IMG/VR virus record: IMGVR_UViG_3300045136_000892
Reading direction: 5' to 3' (one strand)
Origin: a virus
DNA: 64,000 bases
Shown here: one piece after another, positions 36,554 through 47,163 of the stretch
How the letters are laid out: each line of letters begins with the position of its first letter
Numbering within the stretch: position 1 is the stretch's first letter
Made by a program: the position numbers and the translations under genes
The notes under the pieces: generated by a model
Seen by the model: the letters and a program-made list of their open reading frames with translations, nothing else
Database searches by the model: none
What the model was told of the DNA's origin: nothing

Positions 36554-38293
36554 TCACTTGACACCTCCCATCTCGTCCCAGGTCATCTCGATCGCGGCGA
36601 TGAGTTCCGGGGTCGCCTCGAGCTTCAAGCGGCCCACGTCCTCGAGCCTCCACGGCATGAGCCGCTGGGCGGAGTCGGGCCGGAGCGGCATCGCGTCGAC
36701 GGGCGGATCGGGCAGGTCGCGGAAGTGGGAGACGAACGGCGACTCGAAGTAGAAGGCGCCCGTCTCGGGATTGAACGCGTAGCCGTGGATTCGATCCGAC
36801 ACCGGGTCGGCGTAGGGCAGGTTCGTGAGCTCGCTCGGCAGCACCGCGTCGCGCACGGTGAGCTGGAAGCTCTCGGCGTACGTCGAGCTGTGCGAGGTGG
36901 TCACCGAGTGCGACGAGCCGTGGCCCCGCGTGGAGCTGAAGCCGGGGCCCCACGAGGAGGTGTCGCTCGTGCCGCGCGTCTCGCTCGTGGCCGAGGTGAA
37001 CGAGAGCGAGTAGCTTTTGAGCAGCCCCTCCACCTTGCCCACCGCCTTGCTGAAGGCCTCGGCCGTGTCGGGCCCCGCGGTGAGCGCCACCCAGGTCGAG
37101 ACCAGGTCCACGAGCTCGTCGACCCGCGCCTTGCCCCACTTGTTGACGAGCCCCGGCGTGCCCTGGGCCGCGAAGATCGCCCCGAAGCCCGCCCCGCGCC
37201 CGCGGGCCGCGAGGTCCTCGAGCCCGGCCAGGTCGGCGAGGTAGCGGCCCTCGTCGAGCCAGAGCACGGTGTGGTCGAAGGGGTCGTCGCGCGCCGTGCC
37301 GACCAGCACGAGGATGTGCGTCAGGGCGTTGGCGATGCCGGCCAGGGACGGGATCAGGACGGGCGTGTAGGCGAAGTGGAGCACCTGGCGGGCGTCCAGG
37401 AAGTCCCGGAGCGAGAAGGTGGCCTCGGCCCTCTGCCAGAGCGCGGCGGCGATGGCCATCGAGTTGGTGATGGAGCTCGCCGTCGAGATGATGTCGCGGC
37501 CGAGCCGGCCCACGAGCTCGTGCCTCGCGAGCCCGCGGGTGGTGATGCCCTGCTCGAGGAGCGGCTTCAGGAACTGGGGGTACTTGATCGGGATGATCAG
37601 GTCGTGGAACTCCCACGCCGAGCCCTTCTCGAGGAAGACGTCCACGACGCCCTCGGTCACCTCGCGGGCCTTGGTGTTCCAGAACGGGTCGCCGGCCTTC
37701 CTGGCCAGGGAGTCCGGGAAGAGCCCGGCCTGGAGCGCCCGGTTGAGCCCGGCGCTCGTGATGTCGTCGCGGATGGCCCAGCGCCTGCCGCCCGCGTCCA
37801 TCGGCGTCGCCCGGACGATCGGGACGTCCGAGGGGACGACCTGGTAGAGAAGCCGGAAGTAGGCGTCGGTGGGGTCGACGACCAGCCAGCGCATCTTCCC
37901 TTCGCCCGGGTAGAGCCCCGCCCTCGACTGCTCGGGGAGGACGTGGAAGAGCCCGGCCACCGACTGCATCATCATCCGCATCATCGCGGTCTTGCCGGAG
38001 TCCGGCTTGCCGGTGATGAGCGTCAACTTGTTCAAGAATCGGCGCGCGGGCCACAGCACGCCGGCGAGGAGGTAGAGCGGGCCGGGGTCGGCCGCGAGGT
38101 ACCTCGCCGCGAGCTCCTGGGTCGTGCACACGGCGCCCCGGTGGCGGGTGAAGAGGTGGTGGTCGACGTGCGGGGGGCGCGTCGGCACCAAAGGTTTCGC
38201 GGCGGGGGCCGGGCACTTCGACTCGCGGGTCGCGCGCCGGAGCGCCCGGCGTGCGACCAGGAGGGCCGCGGCCAGGGTCAGGATCTCGAGCAT
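36554..38293 (-). CDS. Type IV coupling protein (TraD/TrwB-like)
   Basis: N-terminal hydrophobic stretch, GKPDSGKT, WLDEG, ARGRGAG..AAQ. Confidence 0.8.
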   Translation of the reverse strand: MLEILTLAAALLVARRALRRATRESKCPAPAAKPLVPTRPPHVDHHLFTRHRGAVCTTQELAARYLAADPGPLYLLAGVLWPARRFLNKLTLITGKPDSGKTAMMRMMMQSVAGLFHVLPEQSRAGLYPGEGKMRWLVVDPTDAYFRLLYQVVPSDVPIVRATPMDAGGRRWAIRDDITSAGLNRALQAGLFPDSLARKAGDPFWNTKAREVTEGVVDVFLEKGSAWEFHDLIIPIKYPQFLKPLLEQGITTRGLARHELVGRLGRDIISTASSITNSMAIAAALWQRAEATFSLRDFLDARQVLHFAYTPVLIPSLAGIANALTHILVLVGTARDDPFDHTVLWLDEGRYLADLAGLEDLAARGRGAGFGAIFAAQGTPGLVNKWGKARVDELVDLVSTWVALTAGPDTAEAFSKAVGKVEGLLKSYSLSFTSATSETRGTSDTSSWGPGFSSTRGHGSSHSVTTSHSSTYAESFQLTVRDAVLPSELTNLPYADPVSDRIHGYAFNPETGAFYFESPFVSHFRDLPDPPVDAMPLRPDSAQRLMPWRLEDVGRLKLEATPELIAAIEMTWDEMGGVK

Positions 38294-38321
38294 CGTCAAC
38301 TCCTCTCTGGTTGGTGGGTCT

Positions 38322-39968
38322 TTAGAGCTCGCGCGTGTGCCACCGCTGGTGGGACTGCTGCTGGAGGTGCTGGAGCCGGTCGCATTCGGAGAGGACGACG
38401 GAGGCCCCGTCGCGCTTTGCGACCTTCGCGAGCAGGCGCAAGTCCCGGGGCGAGGCGAGCCCGCCCCGGGAGACGACCACGACCGAGTTCTTCGGGAGGC
38501 GCTCGTGCGAGCGGAGCGACTCGAAGACCCCCTCGGCGTGGGCGGCGCGATCGTGGGGATTGCCGCGTGCCCTGGCGATCCCCGCCCAGAGGGCCTTCCC
38601 GTGCGCCAGGAGGTACGGCGTCGGTCGCAGCCGGTCGACCAGCTCGGGGAGCCGCCCGGCATCCACCCGGATCGCCCGCGGCGGCGGGTTCACCGCCTCG
38701 GCCAGGCGCTCGACGACAGCCGTCGCCTTCCTGGCCGTCTGGACCAGCACCGCGGCCCCGAGCCCCCGGGCCGCCGCCTTCACCTCCTCCCAGGCCTCCT
38801 TCGTGTCGGCCCGGTAGGTGCGGGCGTTCTCCCTCGAGACCTTCGCCGACCCGCCCGCGACGTACCGGACGCTCCCGTCGGGCATCGTGCGCCCCTTGAC
38901 GCCCGCGATCGAGCGGTCCCGCAGGACGGAGCGGCCCATGGCGTCGAGCGAGTCGAGCGTCGTGGGCCTGCCGATCCCGAGCGTGTAGAGCCGCTCGTAG
39001 AACTGCTCCGTCGTGAAGGCCCCGTGCCTCCTCGCGCAGGACTTCACGGCCTCCTTCGCCACGTGGAAGGCCGCGGCCATCTCGGTCGCGGGGTCACGCG
39101 GGGCGGCCTTGCCCCTGGTGAGCGAGTCGAGCGTCACGCCGTACCGTGCGGCAACCTCCTTGCAGTCACGGTGGCACTCCTCGGGGGTCTTGTGGACGCG
39201 CGCCCCGAGCTCGCGTCGCGCCTCGCGGGCGTAGAAGTCGAGTGCCCGGGCCCCGCTGAACCCCTTCGCCTCGCGGGCCGCCTCGATGGCGCGTCTCGAG
39301 GGCGAGAGCTCCTCGATGAGCTCGCGCGGGACGCCGGCGAGCTCGACCTTCTTGCCGACCCGCACCGTCTCGATGCCGCGCGCCCGGAGCTCGTCGTCGA
39401 GGCCCTTCTGGACCCGGGCCCTCAAGACACCCTGGGCCTGAAACAGCTCGCGCGCGTTGGCGATCGAGCCGACCTTCCGGTCGGGGGTGGCCGACAGGTT
39501 GAAGACCGCGTAGTGGACGTGCGCCTGCGGCTGGCCGCGGAAGCCCTCCCTGTGGGGGAACGCCGCGGCGAGCCCGAAGCTTGCGAGCTTCTGCTTGCCC
39601 TGCGGACCAGAATTGATCCTCTGGCTCGAGAGGAGCTTCTCGACCTCCGGGGTCGCGATCCGCGTGAAGGTCTCGGTCCAGGCCTTCTGCGCCTTCGGCG
39701 GCGTGAGCCCGTAGGCCAGGAGCGACACCGACTTGCTGAACGAGAAGGTCAGGTCGAAGCAGCCGACCCGGTTGGCCTGCACATGCTTCAGGTACGCCCG
39801 CCCGTTCGAGAGCGCCTGGACCGCCTGCGGGTTGGGCTCCGCGCCGAGGCCCAGGATGGCCGGCGCCGGGCCCACCCAGAACGGCAGCACGCCCGCGTCT
39901 CTGGCCTCGGTCCACACGCGCTCGAAGTCGAAGAAGTAGCGACCGCTGCCCTTACTCACCGCGGCCAT
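38322..39968 (-). CDS. MOBF (TrwC-like) relaxase with only a vestigial helicase tail
   Basis: N-terminal Tyr (RYFF), FDLTFSFSKSVS, H..PQAHVHYAVFN, ELAGVP..LSPSRRAI. Confidence 0.85.
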   Translation of the reverse strand: MAAVSKGSGRYFFDFERVWTEARDAGVLPFWVGPAPAILGLGAEPNPQAVQALSNGRAYLKHVQANRVGCFDLTFSFSKSVSLLAYGLTPPKAQKAWTETFTRIATPEVEKLLSSQRINSGPQGKQKLASFGLAAAFPHREGFRGQPQAHVHYAVFNLSATPDRKVGSIANARELFQAQGVLRARVQKGLDDELRARGIETVRVGKKVELAGVPRELIEELSPSRRAIEAAREAKGFSGARALDFYAREARRELGARVHKTPEECHRDCKEVAARYGVTLDSLTRGKAAPRDPATEMAAAFHVAKEAVKSCARRHGAFTTEQFYERLYTLGIGRPTTLDSLDAMGRSVLRDRSIAGVKGRTMPDGSVRYVAGGSAKVSRENARTYRADTKEAWEEVKAAARGLGAAVLVQTARKATAVVERLAEAVNPPPRAIRVDAGRLPELVDRLRPTPYLLAHGKALWAGIARARGNPHDRAAHAEGVFESLRSHERLPKNSVVVVSRGGLASPRDLRLLAKVAKRDGASVVLSECDRLQHLQQQSHQRWHTREL

Positions 39969-40227
39969 CGGCCACCTCCTTTCGGCCGTGCGTGACGTGG
40001 TCGTCGAAGAGATCGAGCGCCTCCTCGAAGGTGATCTCCTGGGAGAGGCAGGCGACGACAAACGAACTCGCGCGCCGCAGCATGTCGCCGGGGGAGCGCG
40101 CCTCGACGGACTCGACGAGGGCTCGCCGCGCGAAGCTCGCGAGCTCCTCGCCGGCGGGCTTGGCCCGGGTGAGCGACTCGAACTCCTCGTCGCTCAGGCG
40201 GAGCATGACCGAATGACGTCGTTTCAT
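39952..40227 (-). CDS. RHH-like relaxosome accessory protein
   Basis: VMLRLSDEEF..LASFARRAL, directly upstream of relaxase. Confidence 0.6.
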   Translation of the reverse strand: MKRRHSVMLRLSDEEFESLTRAKPAGEELASFARRALVESVEARSPGDMLRRASSFVVACLSQEITFEEALDLFDDHVTHGRKEVADGRGE

Positions 40228-41308
40228 CGAAGAGCTCCCGGAAGAGTGGGGGACCGACGGGCCGGCTCGGGGCCGGCGGGGGCGGCTTGGGGGCCGCGTA
40301 GGCCTCCCAGGCGAACTTCAACGCGTACGCGAGGACGACGACCAGGACGAAGAAGACAGAGACCGGGTCGAGGCGCCTGAGCCACCGCGGCGTCCTGCGA
40401 CGTCGCCGGGGACGCTCCTTTCGCCCGAGGGCCTCGAGCCACATCTCGATCGCCCGGCACCAATCGTGCGCCGAGGGACGCAGGGTCGAGACGAATGCCG
40501 CGTGGAACAGCTGGTCGACCTCGGACGGCGGGTCGACCGGGTCGTAGGTCGGGGGATCGAACTCGGGGTGCTGGACGAAGCGGGGACAGATGCCCCGGCG
40601 GACGGCGTCGTCGGGCTCGAGGCTGACCGCGGCGGGGCACGGCCTGACGTCGTGGGGGGCGCGGCCGAAGAGGAGCTCGAAGAGGAGCACCGCCAGGGCG
40701 TACCGGTCGCTGGCCTCGCTCGGGATGACCCCGGGGTTCTCGAGCACCTCCTTGGGCACGTAGCCCGGGGTCGTGAGGGTCGAGACCGCGTCGCGGACGT
40801 CCCCGCCGGCGTCGCGGTACCCGAACAGGCTCACCGCGGCGGCGTCGACGAAGGTGGCGTTCTCGCCGTCGATGACGACGTTGCCGGACTTCAGCACGTC
40901 GCCGAGGACGAGCCTCGGCCCCCGGTGCGCGTGGGCCGACGCCACGGCGCCGGCGATCCGAAACGCGAGGAGCACCTTCGTCTCGAGCGGGATCGAGCGG
41001 GTGGCCCGGGCGTCGAGCAGGGACTCGAGCGTCTCGCCGGGGGCGAAGGGCATCAGGAAGCCCACGTCCTCGCCGGTCGAAGGGTCGCTCACGACCTCGG
41101 TCGGCCAGGTGAAGCCCGGGAGCTTCCTCGAGAGCGCGATGAGCGAGGCCAGGCGCGCCGCGTCTCCGGCGCCGGGCGCGTGGTCCAGCACCTTCACGCA
41201 CTCGCTTTCGCCGAGGCGGAACACCTTCCCCTCGCTCCCCCGGCCCAGGAGGGCCGCGGGGTCGAGGGGGATGCGACGCCCGGTCTTCTTGCCGACGACC
41301 CGGTTCAT
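39956..41308 (-). CDS. Ser/Thr kinase-like protein (YegI/TerY-associated type) with TM; true stop may be 40224
   Basis: LGRGSEGKVF, CVK, WP, GFLMP, GDVLKSGNV, TPGYVPKE, SDRYALAVLLFELL. Confidence 0.75.
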   Translation of the reverse strand: MNRVVGKKTGRRIPLDPAALLGRGSEGKVFRLGESECVKVLDHAPGAGDAARLASLIALSRKLPGFTWPTEVVSDPSTGEDVGFLMPFAPGETLESLLDARATRSIPLETKVLLAFRIAGAVASAHAHRGPRLVLGDVLKSGNVVIDGENATFVDAAAVSLFGYRDAGGDVRDAVSTLTTPGYVPKEVLENPGVIPSEASDRYALAVLLFELLFGRAPHDVRPCPAAVSLEPDDAVRRGICPRFVQHPEFDPPTYDPVDPPSEVDQLFHAAFVSTLRPSAHDWCRAIEMWLEALGRKERPRRRRRTPRWLRRLDPVSVFFVLVVVLAYALKFAWEAYAAPKPPPPAPSRPVGPPLFRELFDETTSFGHAPPERRGVRVAHPGQARRRGARELRAASPRRVRRGALPRRHAAAREFVCRRLPLPGDHLRGGARSLRRPRHARPKGGGRWPR

Positions 41309-41327
41309 CGCCCGCGGCTCCTCCGGG

Positions 41328-42038
41328 TCAGCGGATGCGGATCGCGGGGTTCGAGCCGCCGAGCGCGGGCCGGCTCGCCGAGAGCAGGCTGTCGAAGGTG
41401 ATGTCGAGCACCGCCTTCGGGTCGGAGTCCAGGTACTTGACGCCGCGGCCCGAGACGTCCAGGCGGCGCGCGAGGTCCTGGTTCATCGCCTCGTGGGCCG
41501 GGCCCACGAGCGTCACCTTCGCCTTGTACTTCGCCACGAGCGAGAGGAACTCCTCGACGCCCGCTTCGGTCTCCTCCTTCGACTCCCCGGTCGGCTGGAG
41601 GTCCGAGACGATCAGGAGCTCGAAGTTGCGTGTGGTCACCTCCTGCGGAAATACCTTGGTTTGGAGGAACTCCTCGCACTTCGCAGCCACGACCTTGAAC
41701 CCCCGGCCCAGGGGCGTCTGGCCGTCCGCCGTGAACTCCGGGTCGGCCGCGGCCTTCAGCGGCACGAACTCGGTGGCCATCACGCCGCCCGACACGACGA
41801 CGTAGAGGATGTAGACGAGGTCACCGACCTTCGCCCCGCCGACCTCCATCAGGTGCGCGGCGACGGCCGGGATGAACTCTCCCTGGCGCTGCCGCCACCG
41901 CGCCATCGAGCCCGACTCGTCGCGGACGACGACGAAGACGACGATACGGCCCGGGAGGCGATCGGCGGAGCGAGCGAGGCCGCGCACACCGACGGCCGCC
42001 TCCTCGGCCTTGCGGGTGATCCTTCGCGAAACTGGCAT
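41328..42038 (-). CDS. vWA-domain protein (TerY-like)
   Basis: AGGAG RBS; MIDAS DESGSM, GQTPLG, IVSD. Confidence 0.75.
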   Translation of the reverse strand: MPVSRRITRKAEEAAVGVRGLARSADRLPGRIVVFVVVRDESGSMARWRQRQGEFIPAVAAHLMEVGGAKVGDLVYILYVVVSGGVMATEFVPLKAAADPEFTADGQTPLGRGFKVVAAKCEEFLQTKVFPQEVTTRNFELLIVSDLQPTGESKEETEAGVEEFLSLVAKYKAKVTLVGPAHEAMNQDLARRLDVSGRGVKYLDSDPKAVLDITFDSLLSASRPALGGSNPAIRIR

Positions 42039-42429
42039 GTCCTGCTCCTTGGTGGTCACGAGTGTGATCTCTGGGAGTGCAGGGAGTTGCGAGCGCGCCT
42101 CCCAGGTGCCTGGAATCCGCCGTCGGCCACTTCCGGTAAGTGGCAATCCTTGGCTTCGTTGCACGAGACGCTGGATTCGTAGCCGCTGTGGCCGGTGATC
42201 ATCGGGCCGTCCTGATCGGTCATGCGGGCGTCTCAGGTGATCGCATTGGGGCCGTACGGTCCGGGGAGGGTGCCGGCGCGAATGGCACGGGCGCGCACCT
42301 TCCCCGCTCGGCCGATCGCGAGGCGACGCGTCCGGCACGGTCGATTTCCTCGGGGGCCGACCCGTGGGGACGGGACGGCGGGGTTGGATTAGGTGGGGAC
42401 CCTTCCCGGGGATTACCCGGCTGGGCTGC

Positions 42430-42846
42430 TCACTCCTCCTGGACGCGGTGATCAGCCACGCGCACCGGCATGCGCAGGGCGTAGATCCAGCTCTGACCCA
42501 GGAGCCGAGCGAGCCGACGCGTGAATGAGACGAACCGGTCGAACGTCTCCTCCGTGTCGGGTGCGACGATCTGGAGGGGATGGACCGGGCACAGCGACCA
42601 AGCCTCGGCGCTGTACCAGCCCCCGGTCGAAGGCGGGATCAGCCTGTAGCCGGTCGAGCCGGTCACCTCCACCAGTTCCTCGATCGCCCTTCGGATCCCG
42701 GCGACCTCCCAGGCGGCGTTGGGCAGGAAGATCGTGAACATCGCGTGCGCGCCGTCGTGCATCGAACAGCGACATACCGACGGCTCCTCCGTCCGCTTCC
42801 GCGGTTCCTCTCGCATGAAGCAATCTCCTCGATAACTCCGGCACAT
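42430..42846 (-). CDS. Hypothetical protein
   Basis: ORF co-oriented with mob operon; start uncertain. Confidence 0.45.
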   Translation of the reverse strand: MCRSYRGDCFMREEPRKRTEEPSVCRCSMHDGAHAMFTIFLPNAAWEVAGIRRAIEELVEVTGSTGYRLIPPSTGGWYSAEAWSLCPVHPLQIVAPDTEETFDRFVSFTRRLARLLGQSWIYALRMPVRVADHRVQEE

Positions 42847-42930
42847 GCCGGATGCGGCCAGATTGCCAGCTCCGCGCGGAGCTGCAGGACGGCGAGGCCC
42901 CGGGGTACCGGCAGGAGACGGGGCCTGTAG

Positions 42931-42971
42931 CCCTCATGAGGACTACAAACTTATTGTGGTCTCCATGAGGG
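42931..42971. repeat. Inverted repeat (operator or oriT candidate)
   Basis: CCCTCATG..CATGAGGG with internal GACTACAA/TTGTGGTC, upstream of mob genes. Confidence 0.4.
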
Positions 42972-43095
42972 TCACAATCAGGTGAAATCCCGTCGGAGAT
43001 TGCGGTGGAGGACCCGCCACTCGGCCGCAGCCGGATTAGACAAGTCCGAGCGACTTTAGGCGTTTTATGACATCGCCCACGCTTGCTGCGAGCGA

Positions 43096-44289
43096 TCAGA
43101 CCGGGATGGCCCGGAGCAAAGGGAACTGCTTCGATCCTGCTTTCGGGACCGGTCGGCCTCCACGCTTAGCTCGCCGGGGCTGGAAGTAGCCGTCCCCGCG
43201 CTTGGCACAGCGGAGCCGAACCGCGATCTCGCCATTGAGCATCAGCTTGACGTCGTTCTTGGCGGCGAGCTGGTTGATCCACCGGACCGCGGCGTCGTTC
43301 AGCTCGAACGAGCCGAGCGTCCCCTGCCGATGGAATTGGTCCAAGATCACCTGGAAACGATGAGCGAATCGGGCGGGGGGCAGCGACTTCCTCTGGTCCC
43401 ACAGGCCCGCGAGGCTCTCGATGACGGGATGCCCCTCGCAGGGGAGCGGGGTCGCGCGCCCGCGCCCCTGATTTGCCGCCGGCTCGACCTCGGCATGGCT
43501 GGGGCCCGACGCCGGATCGCCCGCCATCCGGACTTCGACGAGTTTCATCGACGTGCCTTCGTCTTGGGCGGCCGCGCCGTACAACGGGCGGACGACCTCG
43601 GACAGCGCGCCCCCGATCCGGTCCAGCAGCCGACGCAGCCGGCTGACGTCGGGCACGGTGAGTTCGCTGATCTCTTCCAGCGCCCCGGCGATCTCTCCCA
43701 GCGGGGCGACGATCCGCGCCGGCAGATCGGGGACCCTGAGCTGTCCCGACCAAGCCTCCTCGGCTCCTGGCCCTTGCCCTTCCGCCCGGGCCGCTTGTTG
43801 CTCCTCTCCACGTCCGAGTCCCACCGCCTTCCGCCGCAAGGCGATCACCCGCGCTTGCTCCTCCTTCCCCGTCGATACGAGCCCAGGGTCGCATACACTC
43901 TCAGGCTTTAGCAAACTGGCCGCGACGGAGTGCCAGCCCGCGTCCGTTAGACGCGACGGATCGGCGGCGAACTCGCCCAGGAGCCGAATCATGCCGTCGA
44001 CGGGGAAGCCGAGACGATTATCCTCCTCCGCGACCAGCACAATCTCCTTGACCGGTCCGACCGCGCCACGCAGGGCGCCCTGGTCGATCCGCCCGGACCC
44101 GAGGACCTGCTGCCGCACGATCAGGGCGAGCTGCTTGCTCGCGGCGCTGTCGGGATCTAGCTCCGCAACGCTCAGACGGCCCCGCCCCGTCAGCACGAGC
44201 CGAACCGCCCCCATCGACCGCCCCCGCGCCGCCGGGACACCGGCCGAACTCGCCATGCCCGGCGAACTCTTTCGCGACCCCATCGACAC
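43096..44289 (-). CDS. Hypothetical protein
   Basis: 397-aa ORF, 9 bp after preceding gene. Confidence 0.5.
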   Translation of the reverse strand: MSMGSRKSSPGMASSAGVPAARGRSMGAVRLVLTGRGRLSVAELDPDSAASKQLALIVRQQVLGSGRIDQGALRGAVGPVKEIVLVAEEDNRLGFPVDGMIRLLGEFAADPSRLTDAGWHSVAASLLKPESVCDPGLVSTGKEEQARVIALRRKAVGLGRGEEQQAARAEGQGPGAEEAWSGQLRVPDLPARIVAPLGEIAGALEEISELTVPDVSRLRRLLDRIGGALSEVVRPLYGAAAQDEGTSMKLVEVRMAGDPASGPSHAEVEPAANQGRGRATPLPCEGHPVIESLAGLWDQRKSLPPARFAHRFQVILDQFHRQGTLGSFELNDAAVRWINQLAAKNDVKLMLNGEIAVRLRCAKRGDGYFQPRRAKRGGRPVPKAGSKQFPLLRAIPV

Positions 44290-44298
44290 CCCTTCTCG

Positions 44299-45372
44299 TC
44301 ACGTCCCGAGGATCCGGGAGAGCACCCGCGCGTGGGCCGAGCGTCCGAACGACCCGTCACCGAGGTACCCGACACGATCATGCAACACGCCGATGAAGAT
44401 GACCCGCGAGGTCGTCCGATCGAAGTTGATCGTGAGCTCATCGTAGAGGACGTCGTCCCGGTTGGTCGCTCCGGGCCGCATGAAGAACCGCTGGGCCTTG
44501 AGGATCTGAACGTCCCAGACCCCGACCCCGTCGATGAGTCGCCCCGGCCGGACGCCGGCAGGGCGGGCGGAAGCCATCCCGACGGGGAGGGCACGCAAGA
44601 GGCCGGTGTCCGGGTCCCTCCAGAGGCCGAACATCCTGCCGTCGAGGGCCGGCACCAGCCCACGTTTGAGGAACACCTCGTACTCCATCGAGAGCGCCGC
44701 CGCTCCCAGCCGCTCTCGATGGACGCCGGTGCCGACGTCCAGGCCCAGGACAACCTCCGAGTCCTCCCAATATCGGACGAAACGCGGGTTCCAGGTTGCC
44801 ATGCCGGCGGGTACGGCCCACCTGAGCCACTGCGGCCGGACTTCCACGTAATTCCTCGGCCTGACGGTGCCGGCCCAATTCCGCCCCGGGCGTCGCCAGT
44901 AGTCGAAACGGAGCCGGACCGGCTCCGTCGGCCCGTACTCCCGGTGGTCGAAGTTGCTCACCTCGACCTCGCCGCCCAGGTTGATGCGGGTCGTGCAGCG
45001 GTCGGTCCAGCACACGCTGTGCGTCCAGAACATGACGGGCAGGGCCGCGGCCGGCCTGAGGAAATGCTCCAGGATCCGCCCGATCTCGCCCCGGTGCAGC
45101 TCCCATTTCAAGGGCTCGCCCAGGCTGGGATTGGCCTGGGCGGTCAGCCCGCCCACGACTTCCGGGAGCTTCTCGAGGATCTTCTCGCCCATCGCCAGGC
45201 TGTAGGCGGAGGCCGCGTCCTGCTTGATGCCGAGCTGCTCGGCCACCCGGCTTCCGTCGCTCGTCGGGTCGGCCCAGACTTGGGGCACGCGGCGGTCCGA
45301 CGCCCAACCGGCCACGTCGAAGATGGCGTGCGGCGACGGGTAGATCGGACTACGCCTCGAGCGTCCGGCCAC
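44299..45372 (-). CDS. Hypothetical protein
   Basis: GGAGGAGG RBS, GTG start, 357 aa with normal composition. Confidence 0.65.
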   Translation of the reverse strand: MAGRSRRSPIYPSPHAIFDVAGWASDRRVPQVWADPTSDGSRVAEQLGIKQDAASAYSLAMGEKILEKLPEVVGGLTAQANPSLGEPLKWELHRGEIGRILEHFLRPAAALPVMFWTHSVCWTDRCTTRINLGGEVEVSNFDHREYGPTEPVRLRFDYWRRPGRNWAGTVRPRNYVEVRPQWLRWAVPAGMATWNPRFVRYWEDSEVVLGLDVGTGVHRERLGAAALSMEYEVFLKRGLVPALDGRMFGLWRDPDTGLLRALPVGMASARPAGVRPGRLIDGVGVWDVQILKAQRFFMRPGATNRDDVLYDELTINFDRTTSRVIFIGVLHDRVGYLGDGSFGRSAHARVLSRILGT

Positions 45373-46197
45373 GGCCCTCCTCCTCCCCGATCCTCCATTG
45401 TAACTGGTTACTCCTCGGGAGGATCTGCGGATCCGGACCTCGAGGTGGGTGTGCGGTTAATGCCAGCGAGGACGACCCGGACACCTTACCGGCGAGGGTT
45501 CGATGCGGGGTATCTGGTGCGCTACGGCCGGGACGGGGACGGGTCCATCGACCGATCGGAGGCCTTCGAACACCTCGACGTTGCGGTCATGACCCTTTTC
45601 CAAGGGCACCGCGGCATGGCGCGCCGGGGTGAGCCCTCAAGATGGCGGGATCGGGGGATCTCCGACTCCTTGGCACCCAAGTCAGCCAGGATCCCCAGGG
45701 ATTCGCGACGCTCGCCGTTCGCTCCGACCGCCAGGCGGCCCCCGAAGACGTTGGGCAGCGAGCGGAGGCCCCGCTACGGTCGCGCCTCGGCGTGACGTGC
45801 GTCGAGCGGTACGCGCGGGGCGGTGCTCACCTCGAGGTCACCGATGTCAACCCTCGCACCCTGCAGCGGAGGTCTCAATACAGAGACGCAGTAAGCGTGC
45901 GAAGGAGCCGCCAGCCTGCGCATCGGCGACAGGATCGACTGGGCCAACAACTTGAGGATTCGCCGCGTCGCCGATCCTCGTTGCCTCTTGGACGCCGTCC
46001 CCCAAGGAGGGGATCTGAGTATCTCAGGGCACAAGGCGAGCACCGGGCTCGAAAACAAGTACGAGGCGACCGCGATGCTCGATCGCTACGAGTAGGTCGT
46101 CACGCTGCCGTTGTCCTCCGGCAGTCGCACGAGCGATTCGAGGACCGCCACGCTTGCGGGCGAGGAGTCGAAGGCCAGTGCAGGAGTGTGGCACCGG

Positions 46198-46737
46198 TCA
46201 CCTAGTGCCGGTTCTGCGAGGGAAGAGGTCGGCCGCACCCCGCGGCCGACCCGCCCGAGAGTTACCCGCCCCCTGCAAGCCTCCCCGCCCCGGCGAAGCT
46301 GTACGCCCGGTCGCGGCCCACGATGATGTGGTCGAGGAAGTGAAGCCCCAGAAGCCTCGCCCCCCGGCGAGCCTCCGCGTCAACTCGACGTTACCCGAGG
46401 GGTGGTTGTGGGCCACGACGACGGCGGCACTCGCCGTCTTAAGGGCCACGGCGAAGACGAGCCGCGTGTCGACGGTGGAGGAGTCGAGCCCTCCCGTGTG
46501 GAGCCTCACCCACCCGAGCACGGTGAGCGAGGCGTCGAGGCAGAGCACGACGAACTCCTCCCTGAGGTCGATGGTGCCTTGGTCCCAGAGCGTGCGGAGG
46601 TACTCCTCGGCCTTCACGGCCGTCGTGAGCACCCACGGCATCTCCGCCTGTCGCGAGTCCTTCCTCCTCGTTCGCTTGTAGGTCACTTTGAATTCGGCGA
46701 GGTGTGGTGTACGTTCGAGCGTCTTGAGCGTAATCAT
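46198..46737 (-). pseudogene. radC: RadC JAB-domain gene, internally deleted and frameshifted
   Basis: REEFVVLCLD, AHNHPSGN lacking PSxxD; LHFLDHIIVG continues in another frame. Confidence 0.8.
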
Positions 46738-46800
46738 GGGTTACCTTCCTGGTTGCGATATCAAGCGGCCGAGGGGCTCCAACCCCCTCGGCGATGTTTC

Positions 46801-47163
46801 CTAATCCTCGTGCGGCAGCATGATCGTGACGACGGGCTCACCGTCGTCGCCCGGCCCGCACACCGCGTAGAGCCGCACCGACGGTAACTCGGGTGAATCG
46901 TCGCTACGGACTCGCACCGAGAAATCGACCCGGTGCCCGTCCCCGGCCTGGCGTATCGCGAGCCTGAGCGTCACGAGCAGGTCCCGGAGCCTCCCGGCCT
47001 CGTCCTGCCCGCAGACGCATTCGGCCCAGACGCCGCACGTCACGGCGACCGGGAAGACGAAACCGGCCTCCCGGGCGGTCTTCGAGATGTCGACGAGCAC
47101 GCCGTCTGCGATGGCCTGCTCCCGGCTGTAGGCGTGAATCAAGAGTTCTCTGCCGTGCGTCAT
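46801..47163 (-). CDS. DUF6573-like protein
   Basis: YSREQAIADGVLVD..AREAGFVFPVAVT..GPGDDGEPVVTIMLPHED. Confidence 0.75.
   Translation of the reverse strand: MTHGRELLIHAYSREQAIADGVLVDISKTAREAGFVFPVAVTCGVWAECVCGQDEAGRLRDLLVTLRLAIRQAGDGHRVDFSVRVRSDDSPELPSVRLYAVCGPGDDGEPVVTIMLPHED

Noticed and set aside
35232-42182. Long overlapping ORFs (978, 724, 623, 506, 469 aa)
   Set aside because: Arg/Pro/Gly-rich shadow frames of real high-GC genes
45400-46190. Coding potential between the 357-aa gene and radC
   Set aside because: Only low-complexity ORFs without motifs
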